A program made the position numbers and the translations under genes. The notes beneath the pieces are model-generated. The model made no database searches and was not told the origin of the DNA. It worked only from the letters and a program-made list of their open reading frames with translations. DNA of 36,462 nt from Nitrospiraceae bacterium (GTDB lineage Bacteria > Nitrospirota > Nitrospiria > Nitrospirales > UBA2166), in NCBI GenBank assembly GCA_002726235.1, contig PBSN01000008.1, forward strand, positions 128,088-164,549, given 5' to 3'. Positions 1 to 10,702 of this stretch are shown piece after piece. The first letter of the stretch is position 1; each line of letters opens with the position of its first letter.

Positions 1-173
1 AAATTATCTGCACCAGAACTGAGGTAACTGTTCAATGGATCTGGCTCCCATACGGGATACATCCCGAAGACGCGCAGGTAAAATGCTTTTGATTGTTGAA
101 TATCGCCCACACGAAGGGCAAGGTGTCTAATGCCGAGTGAATGTGGTGATTGTTTCACGGTGTTTTCAGCCAT
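1..173 (-). CDS. VOC/glyoxalase family protein, 5' part (runs off the window edge)
   Basis: Not in the ORF track. Manual translation from ATG 173 gives MAENTVKQSPHSLGIRHLALRVGDIQQSKAFYLRVFGMYPVWEPDPLNSYLSSGADN. The H-L-A-L-x-V-x-D...FY...FG pattern is the VOC N-terminal motif. Confidence 0.85.
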   Translation of the reverse strand, partial: MAENTVKQSPHSLGIRHLALRVGDIQQSKAFYLRVFGMYPVWEPDPLNSYLSSGADN

Positions 174-365
174 CGCGAGTTCTGCCTATGGGGTTAAGAA
201 ATGAGAGCAAAACTTATCACGAACCGATGTGACTGGGCAACGGACCCCGATAGATTCAACGAGGCGTTGTTTGGTTTGGTATTGGCCATTACGTATAGGG
301 CTTTGAAGTTCGGCGAAGTCCCGTATAATTACGTTGGGAATACGAATACGAAATGGAGGGAAAGC

Positions 366-1268
366 ATGATTTTTAGATCATATCTGATTGGCGTCTTTCT
401 TGTTGTGATCGTGATGCTGAGTTATCACCTAGTGTATGCCTTTGGCGATGAGGCGATGTTTCTCAAGGCTTCCTCTGGAACATTTAACCATCCGCACGAT
501 CTAACCCTCGACCCGAGCAGTCAGTATCTGTACGTTGCAGATGTGGGGAGTCACGTGGTTAAGGTTCTCGATCCCTTTTCCCTCAAGATACTTGGTGTGA
601 TTGGGAAGGGAGAGCTGTCGGCTCCGCACGATGTAGCCTTTGATCGTATGGGTCGATTGCTTGTGGCTGACAGTGGGAACGATCGGATTGTGATCTACAA
701 GGTCAATGGTGTGAATGCGACATATGAGGGAGAGTTGAGTAGTAACTTGGGAAGCCCTGAGGGAGTCACGTCGGATTCGCGTGGCGTCATTTATGTGACC
801 AATGCGCGATTGCACAACGTTGTAATGTTTAAAGATGGAAAGAGTATTGGTGTTCTCGGTTCTCATGGGGCAGGGGCGCGTCAGTTCGTTCGACCACACG
901 ATATTGAGCTTTCCTACGATAGCCAACTCTATGTTGCCGATCCTGGGAATAATCGAATTCAAGTCGTGAGTCCGAGTCTTGACGTGCTCGGAACATTTGA
1001 GGGTGATAGGACGGATTTTCACGAACCAAAATATATCGCTATAGACGAAGGTAATTGGCTATACGTTGCGGATCAGTACAATCATCAAGTAAAGGTGTTC
1101 AATGAAGCTAGGAAGTATTTAGCAACGATAGGGACAGGCAAAGCTGGACAAGAGATTGATCAACTCAATGGGCCGGAAGGTGTTGAGGCACGTAGCGGGC
1201 AGATCTGGATTGCCGACACGCATAACGATCGGATTGTGTTGTATAAGTGGAAGATGTTCGAGCCATAA
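366..1268 (+). CDS. Secreted NHL-repeat beta-propeller protein
   Basis: Six repeats of F/L-x-x-P-x-D/G...YVADxxNxRI. Start moved from 201 to ATG 366, which follows GGAGG and begins a signal-peptide-like segment. Confidence 0.85.
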   Translation: MIFRSYLIGVFLVVIVMLSYHLVYAFGDEAMFLKASSGTFNHPHDLTLDPSSQYLYVADVGSHVVKVLDPFSLKILGVIGKGELSAPHDVAFDRMGRLLVADSGNDRIVIYKVNGVNATYEGELSSNLGSPEGVTSDSRGVIYVTNARLHNVVMFKDGKSIGVLGSHGAGARQFVRPHDIELSYDSQLYVADPGNNRIQVVSPSLDVLGTFEGDRTDFHEPKYIAIDEGNWLYVADQYNHQVKVFNEARKYLATIGTGKAGQEIDQLNGPEGVEARSGQIWIADTHNDRIVLYKWKMFEP

Positions 1269-1384
1269 AAGATATTGGCGATTTGATATTACGCCCCGAT
1301 CGGCATGCCCGGGACAGAGTGTGTTATATTTCGCGGCAGACAATCAAACAACTGTATGCATTGATTTTTAGACATGTCTAAACG

Positions 1385-1582
1385 ATGAAAATTCATCTCT
1401 CTCAGCCTGATCGAACTCTCGAGCTTCAAGGTCCCAAACAGGTTAAGGCGATTCTGAAAAACCTTGATATTATTCCGGCGACTGTACTTGTCATTCGCGA
1501 CGGTGGGCTTCTTACCGAAGATGAGATGGTTCGTGATGTGGACAGCATTGAGATTCGATCGGTGATCTCCGGGGGCATATAG
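1385..1582 (+). CDS. ThiS/MoaD-family sulfur carrier, TtuB-like
   Basis: 65 aa ending IEIRSVISGGI; its stop abuts the start of the TtuA-like gene. Confidence 0.85.
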   Translation: MKIHLSQPDRTLELQGPKQVKAILKNLDIIPATVLVIRDGGLLTEDEMVRDVDSIEIRSVISGGI

Positions 1583-2515
1583 ATGAAATGTCGTAAATGT
1601 TTAGACAAAGCGGTGTTGTCGATTCCCCGGCACAATACCGCGCTATGTGGTCCGTGTCTGACTGAGTATGCGCAAATTCAAGTGGAACGTGCGATCGGAC
1701 GAGAGAAAATGTGTACAAAGGAGAACAAAATTCTCGTTGCAGTATCTGGAGGGAAGGACAGTCTGGCATTATGGGATATTTTGCTGAAGTTGGGGTACTA
1801 CGTAGATGGACTGTATGTGAACTTAGGCATCGGTCAGTATTCGGTTCGATCACGGCAAAAAGTGGAAGCGTTTGCGGAGTTGCGTAACGCAATGTTGTTC
1901 ACAAAAGATGCCGCCAACGATGAGGGTATTGGCATTCGTGAGTTAGCCGATCTTGTGCGCCGTCCCACCTGTGCAGCGTGTGGGTGTATCAAACGCTACC
2001 AGTTCAATCGAGTGGCTGTTGATCAGAACTATGATGTTCTTGCCACAGGACACAATCTTGATGATGAAGCCGCTCGATTAATGGGAAATGTGCTGCGTTG
2101 GAACCAGGAGTTTCTTGAAAAGCAGGGGCCTGTTCTGCCCGCCTCGATGGAAGGTTTCGCGAAAAAGATCAAGCCCCTCTATCGTCTGACCGAACGAGAA
2201 ATTGCAGCCTACTGTGTGGTGAACGGTATTGACTACATCGTTGAGGATTGTCCCATGGCGACGGGATCGCGACTTCTTGTCTACAAGGAAGCACTGGATG
2301 TGATCGAGCAAGCTTCACCCGGGTCAAAACAGAGTTTTTATTGGGGTTTTCTTGTTCAGCAAGGGGCAAAAGCACAATTGGATCACCAATCGATGTCTGA
2401 CCGAGACATCGCGATACTTCATCCCTGCGAAGAGTGTGGGCAGCCAACCTCTGCAGCAATGTGTAGCTACTGTAAGCTTATGGCGAAGGCGCAAATCCAT
2501 CAAAAAGTCTCATAA
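1583..2515 (+). CDS. ttuA: TtuA/Ncs6-family tRNA 2-thiolation enzyme
   Basis: N-terminal CxxC...H...CxxC zinc finger, PP-loop SGGKDS, CAAC plus EDCP (Fe-S ligands), GHNLDD, C-terminal CEEC/CSYC finger. Confidence 0.8.
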   Translation: MKCRKCLDKAVLSIPRHNTALCGPCLTEYAQIQVERAIGREKMCTKENKILVAVSGGKDSLALWDILLKLGYYVDGLYVNLGIGQYSVRSRQKVEAFAELRNAMLFTKDAANDEGIGIRELADLVRRPTCAACGCIKRYQFNRVAVDQNYDVLATGHNLDDEAARLMGNVLRWNQEFLEKQGPVLPASMEGFAKKIKPLYRLTEREIAAYCVVNGIDYIVEDCPMATGSRLLVYKEALDVIEQASPGSKQSFYWGFLVQQGAKAQLDHQSMSDRDIAILHPCEECGQPTSAAMCSYCKLMAKAQIHQKVS

Positions 2516-2517
2516 CC

Positions 2518-3270
2518 TTGTCACAACACAATCACTCGCTTCTCTCCGTTGTCATCCCGATTCATAACGAGCGTGACAATGTTTCTCCATTGACCGAACA
2601 GATTATTCGTGTTCTGTCAGACGCGCAGGAACCCTATGAGATTATTTTTATTGATGATGCAAGTACTGATGGGGGCGATGTCATTCTTGACAAACTCGAC
2701 GCAGCGCACGAGGGTGTGCGGGTATTTCATTTTGCACAACGTTGTGGCCAGACTGCGGCGTTTGATGCTGGCTTTAAACAGGCTAGAGGCGATCATGTTG
2801 TCACGCTTGATGGGGACTTGCAATATGATCCCGCAGATATTCTTCGCTTGCTTCCCTTAAGTAAGAATTTTGACCTTGTGTGCGGAAGGCGAGCGACACG
2901 AAATGATGATGCGATTCGAGGATTCTCTTCTCGACTGGCTAATGAGGTTCGGAATTTTGTAACCCGTGATCATGTGCATGATACGGGGTGTTCGTTGAAA
3001 ATATTCAGTCGAAATCTAGTCGATCGATTGCAGCTTTTTGACGGAATGCATCGATTTTTTCCAGCACTTGCAAAGATGCATGGCTGTACTGTAACCGAGT
3101 GTGATGTCCAGCATTTTCCGCGTGTCCACGGAGAATCGAAGTATGGCATCTGGAATCGATTGTGGCGTGGGCTTGTGGATTTATGTGCGGTGTGGTGGAT
3201 GAACAGGCGTTGTCTGCGATATGAGTATCGATTCTCGGCAGCAACTCAAACGAAAAAGGAGTCACCATGA
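2518..3270 (+). CDS. GT2 polyprenol-phosphate glycosyltransferase (ArnC/DPM1-like)
   Basis: SVVIPxHNE, IDDASTD, GQTAAFDAG, LDGDLQYDP, DTGCSLK, HRFFP, RVHGESKY. Confidence 0.9.
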   Translation: MSQHNHSLLSVVIPIHNERDNVSPLTEQIIRVLSDAQEPYEIIFIDDASTDGGDVILDKLDAAHEGVRVFHFAQRCGQTAAFDAGFKQARGDHVVTLDGDLQYDPADILRLLPLSKNFDLVCGRRATRNDDAIRGFSSRLANEVRNFVTRDHVHDTGCSLKIFSRNLVDRLQLFDGMHRFFPALAKMHGCTVTECDVQHFPRVHGESKYGIWNRLWRGLVDLCAVWWMNRRCLRYEYRFSAATQTKKESP

Positions 3271-3533
3271 GTGAAGCCGTCTGGCTCTCAATAGGATTTC
3301 TCGGGCAGATAGCGTTTTTTTCCAGATGGTTGGTGCAGTGGATTTATTCGGAACGGCGGAAAAAAATGGGCGTTCCCGTCGCATTTTGGTATTTGAGCCT
3401 TGCCGGCGGACTGATTACGCTTTCCTATGCCATACACCGGATGGATCCGGTATTTATTACCGGCCAAGCCGTTGGGGCGGCTGTTTATATTCGTAACCTG
3501 ATGCTTATTGACAAGGATCCCCAAGCGTCATGA
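3267..3533 (+). CDS. Lipid-A-disaccharide synthase N-terminal domain (LAB_N) membrane protein
   Basis: GFLGQ..F.SRW.VQW..SE....VP..FWYLSL.GG...DPVFI.GQ....YIRNL; ATGA overlap with the GT2 gene. Confidence 0.85.
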   Translation: MSEAVWLSIGFLGQIAFFSRWLVQWIYSERRKKMGVPVAFWYLSLAGGLITLSYAIHRMDPVFITGQAVGAAVYIRNLMLIDKDPQAS

Positions 3534-3548
3534 GCTGAGGTGACTGTC

Positions 3549-3577
3549 TTGTGTAGTGAGGGGGCATGGAATAGAAT
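3549..3577 (+). promoter_or_regulatory. Putative sigma70 promoter of the peroxiredoxin pair
   Basis: TTGTGT-N17-TAGAAT. Confidence 0.4.
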
Positions 3578-3667
3578 AGCCGCCCGTTAGAAGTCTTCCA
3601 GAGACGGAAGGATCCTTTATGGAGGATCTCCACCATCATTTTTTATAAGTAAGGAGGAGTAAAGATT

Positions 3668-4135
3668 ATGGCAGTAGATGTTAATTCAAAGGCCCCTGTT
3701 TTCAATCTGTTGAATACCAAGCGAGAATCTGTGACTCTTGGTGATTTGAAAGGGAAAAAAGCGGTACTCGCGTTTTTTCCCGCAGCCTTTACAGGGGTAT
3801 GTGCGAAAGAACTGTGTACATTTCAAGATTCAATGGCGGAATTGAATGGTTTGAATGCGGTGGTGGTTGGTATCAGCGCGGATTCGCCATTTGCCAATGG
3901 GGCGTTTGCCGAAAAGAACAAGCTGGAATACCCTATCCTATCAGACTACAATCGTGCGGCTATCAATGCGTATGGCGTAGGTCATGACGATTTCGTAGGT
4001 ATGGCTGGATATACGGCGGCCAAGCGATCGATCTTTGTTCTTAATACCGAGGGTACCGTTATCTATAAATGGGTATCTGATGATCCTGGTAAAGAACCGC
4101 TGTATGACGAAATCAAGGCAGTGCTAGCGAAGTGA
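3668..4135 (+). CDS. Peroxiredoxin (AhpC/TSA superfamily)
   Basis: FFPAAFTGVCAKELC (PxxxTxxC); strong RBS AAGGAGG. Confidence 0.9.
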   Translation: MAVDVNSKAPVFNLLNTKRESVTLGDLKGKKAVLAFFPAAFTGVCAKELCTFQDSMAELNGLNAVVVGISADSPFANGAFAEKNKLEYPILSDYNRAAINAYGVGHDDFVGMAGYTAAKRSIFVLNTEGTVIYKWVSDDPGKEPLYDEIKAVLAK

Positions 4136-4151
4136 CCTAGGGAACTATTGA

Positions 4152-4616
4152 TTGATGCTTCAGGTAGGGAAACGAGCTCCGGCATTTAATCTAGCGTCTG
4201 ATTCAGGGATAAAAGTTTCTCTTGCCTCTTTGCGTGGAAACCGGGTGGTGTTGTACTTCTATCCAAAGGATGATACCCCTGGTTGTACGCAGGAATCCTG
4301 TGATTTTCGCGATAATCTGTCCCGTATTGAATCACAAGACGCTGTTGTATTTGGGGTGAGCAAAGATAGTGTCAGTTCCCACCAAAAGTTCAAGGAAAAA
4401 TTTTCGTTGCCTTTTCCGCTGTTGAGTGATCCGGCATACGCCATGTTGGAGAAATATGGCGTGTGGAAAGAAAAAAAACTTTATGGGCGATCTTATATGG
4501 GTATTGAACGCACAACCGTCATTATCGATGAGTATGGCAAAGTCGCACAGATCTTTTCGAAAGTTAAAGTCAAGGGCCATGTCGAGAGCGTCATCGAGGC
4601 TCTTCAGGAAATGTAG
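4152..4616 (+). CDS. bcp: Thioredoxin-dependent thiol peroxidase Bcp
   Basis: YFYPKDDTPGCTQESC, GVWKEKKLYGRSYMGIERTT. Start is TTG 4152 or ATG 4155. Confidence 0.9.
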   Translation: MMLQVGKRAPAFNLASDSGIKVSLASLRGNRVVLYFYPKDDTPGCTQESCDFRDNLSRIESQDAVVFGVSKDSVSSHQKFKEKFSLPFPLLSDPAYAMLEKYGVWKEKKLYGRSYMGIERTTVIIDEYGKVAQIFSKVKVKGHVESVIEALQEM

Positions 4617-4715
4617 GTAGGGTCTGTCATAAGTCATTGCCTTCAAGTTGGCAATGTTATTCCTGTGTGCCTATGAGTGATTTTCCATCTACGTTGAACG
4701 ATCTGGTGGTTTGAC

Positions 4716-6722
4716 GTGAAACCATATGTCTTAACGCCAAGTCAGGATAGTTTCCTTCAGCCTGCATCCCGTATCGATTACGAAGGTGCGCTAAACGCTG
4801 CGCAGCTTGAAGTCGTCTTTTCTCTTGATGGCCCGCTTCTCGTTATTGCTGGTGCTGGAAGCGGGAAAACGCAGACGTTGGTCTATCGTGTCGCGCGTCT
4901 CATCGAACAAGGCGTCCATCCGTCGCATATTCTTCTTTTGACCTTTACACGTAGAGCCGCCCAGGAAATGCTTCAACGTGTTGGACTACTCGTTGGTGGT
5001 CGGAGCGATCAGGTGCGTGGTGGCACCTTTCATTCGGTCGGGAATATCCTTCTTCGCCGCTACGGACAGTCGATTGGTCTGGATTCAAGTTTTACCATCA
5101 TGGACCGATCAGATGCAGAAGACGTCATTCATCTTCTTCGTAGTGAGTACGGGCTTCATGAAAAAGGGCGACGCGTTCCCAGAAAAAACACAATTGCAGA
5201 AATGTTTAGCAAGACAGTCAACACCCTCCGGGCTTTAGATGATGTGATTTTTGGTGACTACGCGCATTTTGTTGAGCTTATTGATGACCTGAACCATCTT
5301 CAGAAGGCCTATCAGAATTACAAGGCCAAGCACTCGTTGGTCGATTTCGATGATCTATTGGTAAAGCTTGATGAGTTATTAGACAGTGAGGCAGCATTGC
5401 ACGAAGAAATCTCAAAAGCCTTTCGGTACATGCTTGTTGATGAATATCAGGACACCAATTTTCTTCAGGCGAGGATTCTTCAGAAGCTGGCGTCGCCGCA
5501 TAACAATATTATGGCAGTGGGTGACGAAGCGCAGTCAATCTACTCATTTCGCGGGGCAACATTTCGAAACATCATGGATTTTCCTAATCAGTTTCCTGGG
5601 ACGCGTGTGATTAAGCTTGAAGAAAATTACCGGAGTACGCAGCCAATCCTGAATCTCGCGAACGAGGTCATTCGTGGAGCAGAAGAATCCTATGATAAAC
5701 GCCTTTTTTCGCGGCGAGCCGAAGGGGCGATGCCTGTCCTTGTTCGAGCGGAAGATGAAAATGCGCAGTCGCGGTTCGTTGTACAGCGCATCCTCGAATT
5801 GCGTGAAGAAGGGACGGCGCTGAATGATATTGCTGTTCTCGTGCGTTCAAGCTATCAGGCATTTGATCTCGAAATAGAACTTGGAAAACGGGGGATTTCC
5901 TTTATTAAGCGTGGAGGCATGCGATTGATGGAAACGGCGCATGTGAAAGACCTGCTCGCACATCTCCGCGTGGTGGAAAATCCTCATGATGCGGTGAGTT
6001 GGAATCGTATTCTAATGCTGATTGAAGGCATTGGACCGAAGAAAAGCGCGCAGATCGTCGCGCAGGTGGTCCAGGAGGCTTCGCCGGGGCCATGGCTCGT
6101 AGAGGTGGCGCGGCGGATGCGATCTACCGGCCTTGCTGCATTCGCCGGGTGCGTGGAACAACTCAACGAAACGCCGACGTCATCGCCGGCAGATCTTCTG
6201 AGCCTTGCCTCGGCCTATTATTTGCCAATTCTAAAACAGCGCTATGACGATTATCCAAAACGGATTCGGGATCTCGATCATATTCAGATGATCGCGATAC
6301 GTTACGATTTACTCCAAGTGTTTCTCTCAGACATGACTCTTGACCCACCGAATGAATCAGTCGTTGATAGTGAAGGTGAATTGCTCGACAATGAGCGACT
6401 CGTTTTGTCAACTATCCATTCTGCCAAAGGTCTTGAATGGTCGTGTGTATTTCTTTTGTGGCTGCTTGATGGCAAGTTTCCCTCAAGCTATTCGATTTTT
6501 TCGAATCACGAGCTTGAGGAGGAGCGGAGGTTGTTCTACGTGGCGCTAACTCGTGCGAAGCATCTGTTGTACTTGAATTACCCGATTAATATTTATGATC
6601 GACAGGCAGGCGCGGTATTGTCGCGACCGTCCCGATTTCTCGATGATGTGTCGTCAACCCTTCTTGATTCCTGGGTATTGGTCGACGGAGGAATGTCAGA
6701 GTATGGCATCAATGATATCTAG
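4716..6722 (+). CDS. UvrD/Rep/PcrA-family ATP-dependent DNA helicase
   Basis: AGAGSGKT, LLTFTRRAA, LVDEYQDTN, QSIYSFRGA, LEENYRS, STIHSAKGLEW, EERRLFYVALTRAK. Confidence 0.95.
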   Translation: MKPYVLTPSQDSFLQPASRIDYEGALNAAQLEVVFSLDGPLLVIAGAGSGKTQTLVYRVARLIEQGVHPSHILLLTFTRRAAQEMLQRVGLLVGGRSDQVRGGTFHSVGNILLRRYGQSIGLDSSFTIMDRSDAEDVIHLLRSEYGLHEKGRRVPRKNTIAEMFSKTVNTLRALDDVIFGDYAHFVELIDDLNHLQKAYQNYKAKHSLVDFDDLLVKLDELLDSEAALHEEISKAFRYMLVDEYQDTNFLQARILQKLASPHNNIMAVGDEAQSIYSFRGATFRNIMDFPNQFPGTRVIKLEENYRSTQPILNLANEVIRGAEESYDKRLFSRRAEGAMPVLVRAEDENAQSRFVVQRILELREEGTALNDIAVLVRSSYQAFDLEIELGKRGISFIKRGGMRLMETAHVKDLLAHLRVVENPHDAVSWNRILMLIEGIGPKKSAQIVAQVVQEASPGPWLVEVARRMRSTGLAAFAGCVEQLNETPTSSPADLLSLASAYYLPILKQRYDDYPKRIRDLDHIQMIAIRYDLLQVFLSDMTLDPPNESVVDSEGELLDNERLVLSTIHSAKGLEWSCVFLLWLLDGKFPSSYSIFSNHELEEERRLFYVALTRAKHLLYLNYPINIYDRQAGAVLSRPSRFLDDVSSTLLDSWVLVDGGMSEYGINDI

Positions 6723-6870
6723 AGTCGCTTTGTCCGTCGATGGATGTGGAAGACACTTGAGCGTGAGTACAGACTAGGAGCAGAAAAGGAAATTGTGGGA
6801 AGATGCCTGGCTGTTGTAAGAGTGGCAGACTCGTACTGTGATGTGAAACCTGAAAATATGATTTGGTAGG

Positions 6871-8907
6871 TTATGGGCTAGGGGGGAGGGAGATTTCCAG
6901 TTCCTGCTCCTGAAGTCGCTTGATCTGATCACGTAAATCTGTTGCTCGTTCGAACGCCAAGGCTTTCGCTGCTGCCTTCATTTCTCTTTCCAAACGTGTG
7001 ATGGTTTTGTGCCTATCTTCAGTTGTCTGATCCGAGGCGTATAGCTCGGCAGTGAGTGGAGTGGTCGTACAGGCATTACTTTGTGTGGCATAGGGAACGG
7101 GTAACAGACTCTTCACTACAGATCGGGGGGTAATGCCATGTTTTTTGTTATATCTGTCCTGAATTTTTCGTCGTCTATTGGTTTCATCGAGAGTTTTCTT
7201 CATTGACTGTGTTACCACATCGCCGTAGAGAATAGCTTCGCCTGAAACATGGCGTGCGGCACGACCGACGGTTTGGATCAGTGAACCGTGTGATCGCAGA
7301 AACCCTTCCTTATCCGCGTCTAAAATCGCGACAAGCGATACCTCAGGAATGTCAAGACCTTCGCGGAGGAGATTGACACCAATTAAGGTGTCAAACAATC
7401 CACTGCGGAGATTACGAATGATCTCGATGCGTTCGAGTGTATCGATATCTGAATGTACATAGCGGACTTTGAGGCCTAGGTCGTGATAATACTCACAGAG
7501 ATCCTCAGCCATTCGCTTTGTTAATGTGGTCACAAGAACACGTTCGTTGTTCGCCACACGATTTCGAATTTTGCCGAGCAGATCATCAACTTGCCCCTTG
7601 GCCGGCGCAATTGTAATCAGTGGATCCATAAGCCCGGTTGGCCGTAGAATTTGTTCAACGACTTTACCTTTGACACGTTCCAGCTCATAGGGCCCAGGAG
7701 TTGCGGAAACATAAATGACCTGATGAATCTTCTGCTCGAATTCCTCAAAGGTGAATGGGCGATTGTCAATGGCAGACGGCAATCTGAAGCCAAAGTCCAC
7801 GAGGCTTTTTTTTCTGGAATGGTCGCCGGAATACATGCCGCGAACCTGAGGAGTGGTCACGTGACTTTCATCGATAATCAGCAAAAAATCTTTTGGGAAA
7901 TAGTCAAACAGGGTTGGCGGCGGCTCGCCGGGCTGTCTGCCACTGAGGTGACGGGAATAATTCTCGATGCCGTGGCAATATCCGACGGAACGAATCATTT
8001 CAAGATCAAATCGCGTGCGTTGTTCGATACGTTGAGCCTCAACGAGGAGATTGGCGTTCTGAAAATATCGAATTCGTTCCTCAAGCTCTTTTTCAATTGC
8101 TTTCAATGCCTGCTCCTGGCGATCTGGCGCGATGACGTAGTGTGTCGTCGGGTAAATTGAGAGCGACGGGAGGTGGCCGAGGATGTTGCCGGTGAGCGGA
8201 TCCATCTCCGTAATTGATTCAATCGTGTCGTCGAATAGTTCGACACGGAAACTTCGATCTTCAAACGCGGCAGGGTAGATGTCAATGACATTGCCACGAA
8301 CACGAAACGTTCCGCGATTGAAATCGACATCATTGCGTTGATAGCGAATCTTGACGAGTTTCGACATAATTCTCTCGCGGCTTATTTTGTGCCCTTTAGT
8401 CAGCAGAAGGAGCATGCCACGGTACACGTCTGGGGAACCCAGCCCATAAATACATGAAACTGATGACACAATAATGACGTCGTTTCGCTCGAGGAGGGCT
8501 GAAGTGGCAGCATGGCGCATGCGATCAATCGCATCGTTGATGCTGGCGTCTTTTGCGATGTAGGTATCGGTCTGCGGAAGGTATGCCTCTGGTTGGTAAT
8601 AGTCGTAATAGCTGACAAAATATTCGACAGCGTTGTGGGGGAAAAAAGCTTTGAATTCAGCATATAGCTGTGCTGCCAGTGTTTTGTTATGGACCATAAC
8701 CAAGGTTGGTTTTTGAACCTGATCAATCACTCCAGCCATGGTGAATGTTTTGCCTGAACCTGTTACGCCAAGGAGCACGTGGTGGCGTGCACTTTGGGTG
8801 AGACCATCAACCAATGCCGTAATCGCCTGGCTTTGATCTCCCTTTGGGGTATAATTTGCTGTCAGTGTGAAGAGTCGTTGGTTGGTATGATAGTGTTCCG
8901 TGTTCAT
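6871..8907 (-). CDS. uvrB: Excinuclease ABC subunit B
   Basis: [51 protein letters not shown]-terminal UVR domain. Confidence 0.98.
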   Translation of the reverse strand: MNTEHYHTNQRLFTLTANYTPKGDQSQAITALVDGLTQSARHHVLLGVTGSGKTFTMAGVIDQVQKPTLVMVHNKTLAAQLYAEFKAFFPHNAVEYFVSYYDYYQPEAYLPQTDTYIAKDASINDAIDRMRHAATSALLERNDVIIVSSVSCIYGLGSPDVYRGMLLLLTKGHKISRERIMSKLVKIRYQRNDVDFNRGTFRVRGNVIDIYPAAFEDRSFRVELFDDTIESITEMDPLTGNILGHLPSLSIYPTTHYVIAPDRQEQALKAIEKELEERIRYFQNANLLVEAQRIEQRTRFDLEMIRSVGYCHGIENYSRHLSGRQPGEPPPTLFDYFPKDFLLIIDESHVTTPQVRGMYSGDHSRKKSLVDFGFRLPSAIDNRPFTFEEFEQKIHQVIYVSATPGPYELERVKGKVVEQILRPTGLMDPLITIAPAKGQVDDLLGKIRNRVANNERVLVTTLTKRMAEDLCEYYHDLGLKVRYVHSDIDTLERIEIIRNLRSGLFDTLIGVNLLREGLDIPEVSLVAILDADKEGFLRSHGSLIQTVGRAARHVSGEAILYGDVVTQSMKKTLDETNRRRKIQDRYNKKHGITPRSVVKSLLPVPYATQSNACTTTPLTAELYASDQTTEDRHKTITRLEREMKAAAKALAFERATDLRDQIKRLQEQELEISLPPSP

Positions 8908-9017
8908 GACGATTGCATGGGCAGGTGATGCCCATTGTACCCAAAGTGTTCATGCTCGTCATAGGGCTGGGCCTTTCCATTCATCCTATATATTTAATTT
9001 TATCGCGGAGGCTACTA

Positions 9018-10613
9018 ATGGGATTGATTTCTAAGTACAAACATTGGGTGGTGGTCGTGGGCATTGCAAGCGTTTTCAGTGTTTTGCAATGGTCTGATCA
9101 GGCGCTCGCTCAGGATACTGGGAAGTTACGAACCGCAGTTGATGAAACGCGACAACATGAACTGCCCTCCATGCTGCAACTCTCCTTGAAGGAGAGTATC
9201 ATGTTGGCGCTTGAAAACAACTTGGACGTGAAAGTGGACAAGTTGAACAAAGACGTTCGCCTCACGGATATTGTGTTTGAATTGGCGAAATTTGACCCAA
9301 CGATTGAAGCCAATGTCAATCACCAACAGCGAGCATTTCCGCTGAACTCAACCATCGATCCGATCACCTTCCAGGAAACAGAGGAGACGCCGCTGAGTCA
9401 AGTGAGTGGGCAGAATTTTGGTGTGGAGTTGCAGAAACGTCTACAGACTGGGACTGACATTGAGGTTGAGATCGAAAATGAGCGAACAGATCTGCTTTTC
9501 TTTAACCAGTCCCCTGGAGGACGACTTGATCCTGAATATCGAAGCAACGTGAACTTCAGCATTGCCCAGCCGTTGCTGAGAAACTTTGGTATCGATATCA
9601 ATAAAACGTTTATCAACGTAGCGAAAAATAACATGGCAATCGAAGAGCATATCTTCGAAGGGGAGCTGATGGAGTTGGTTGAAGATGTTACCTCAACCTA
9701 TTGGGATCTCGTGTTGAGCATTGAACTGCTCAAGGTCGAGCAGGAATCCCTTAGAGCAGCTCAAAGCTTATTGGAGCATAATCGTGCACAAGTTAAAGCA
9801 GGGGTTTTGCCTTCAATTGAGATTCTCGTTGCCGAGGCGGATGTTGCTTCTCGAGAAGAAGACGTGCTTGTTATGGCACAGGACATCGAAGATGATGAAG
9901 ATGAGTTGCGACGGCTCCTGAATTTGCCAAACATGCCATTGATAGAGAAGTTGACGGTCATTCCGGTGGATTTACCCAGATTGACAACTGACCAAATTTC
10001 TCTACAGGATGCAATTGAAACGGCATTTCGGAAGCGGCCTGATATCAAAGAGAGAAAACGAGATCTCACAAATCGTGGGCTAGAGGTCAATCATGCAAAA
10101 AACCAGTTGCTTCCCGATCTGTCCTTAGAGGGCGGCATGGGCTTATTCGGGTTAGGGGGGGATTTTAAAGATGACTTTGCCGGGCTAAGAAATAATGATT
10201 CCTTTCACTATCAAGCAGGCCTTGTCTTAAGCGTCCCACTTGGCAATCGGTCGGCGAAGAGTACGTACAATAAGCGGCGGATCGAAGCAGAGACGGCATT
10301 ACTCACATTAAAGAACCTTGAGTTGGATATCACGGTTGAGGTGAAAAAGGCGCTGCGTGAGATTAATACTGATCTGAAGCGAATCAAGGTTGCTCAACTT
10401 TCGACAAAGCTTGCGCAGCGAAAAGCAATGGAAGAAGAACAGCGCTACAAAGCGGGTTTGAGCACGAGTCATGACGTGTTGATGTTTCAGCGTGATTTGG
10501 CTGAAGCCCAGGGTCGAGAAATTGAGGCCATTATTGATTTTAATAAGGCACTTGTCTATGCACAGCACGTCTTGGGGACTATCCTGGAGGATGCTGATAT
10601 TACGATGGCATGA
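9018..10613 (+). CDS. TolC-family outer membrane efflux protein
   Basis: LSLKESIMLALENN, two OEP repeats. Start moved to ATG 9018 (RBS GGAGG), followed by a signal peptide. Confidence 0.9.
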   Translation: MGLISKYKHWVVVVGIASVFSVLQWSDQALAQDTGKLRTAVDETRQHELPSMLQLSLKESIMLALENNLDVKVDKLNKDVRLTDIVFELAKFDPTIEANVNHQQRAFPLNSTIDPITFQETEETPLSQVSGQNFGVELQKRLQTGTDIEVEIENERTDLLFFNQSPGGRLDPEYRSNVNFSIAQPLLRNFGIDINKTFINVAKNNMAIEEHIFEGELMELVEDVTSTYWDLVLSIELLKVEQESLRAAQSLLEHNRAQVKAGVLPSIEILVAEADVASREEDVLVMAQDIEDDEDELRRLLNLPNMPLIEKLTVIPVDLPRLTTDQISLQDAIETAFRKRPDIKERKRDLTNRGLEVNHAKNQLLPDLSLEGGMGLFGLGGDFKDDFAGLRNNDSFHYQAGLVLSVPLGNRSAKSTYNKRRIEAETALLTLKNLELDITVEVKKALREINTDLKRIKVAQLSTKLAQRKAMEEEQRYKAGLSTSHDVLMFQRDLAEAQGREIEAIIDFNKALVYAQHVLGTILEDADITMA

Positions 10614-10702
10614 ATCTGAAGATTTGAGTTGTGTACGCGGAATCTGAGACATGGTATGATCACCTTGCAATCTTACCCCTGCTTTGTTAGGGTCCACGCG
10701 TT

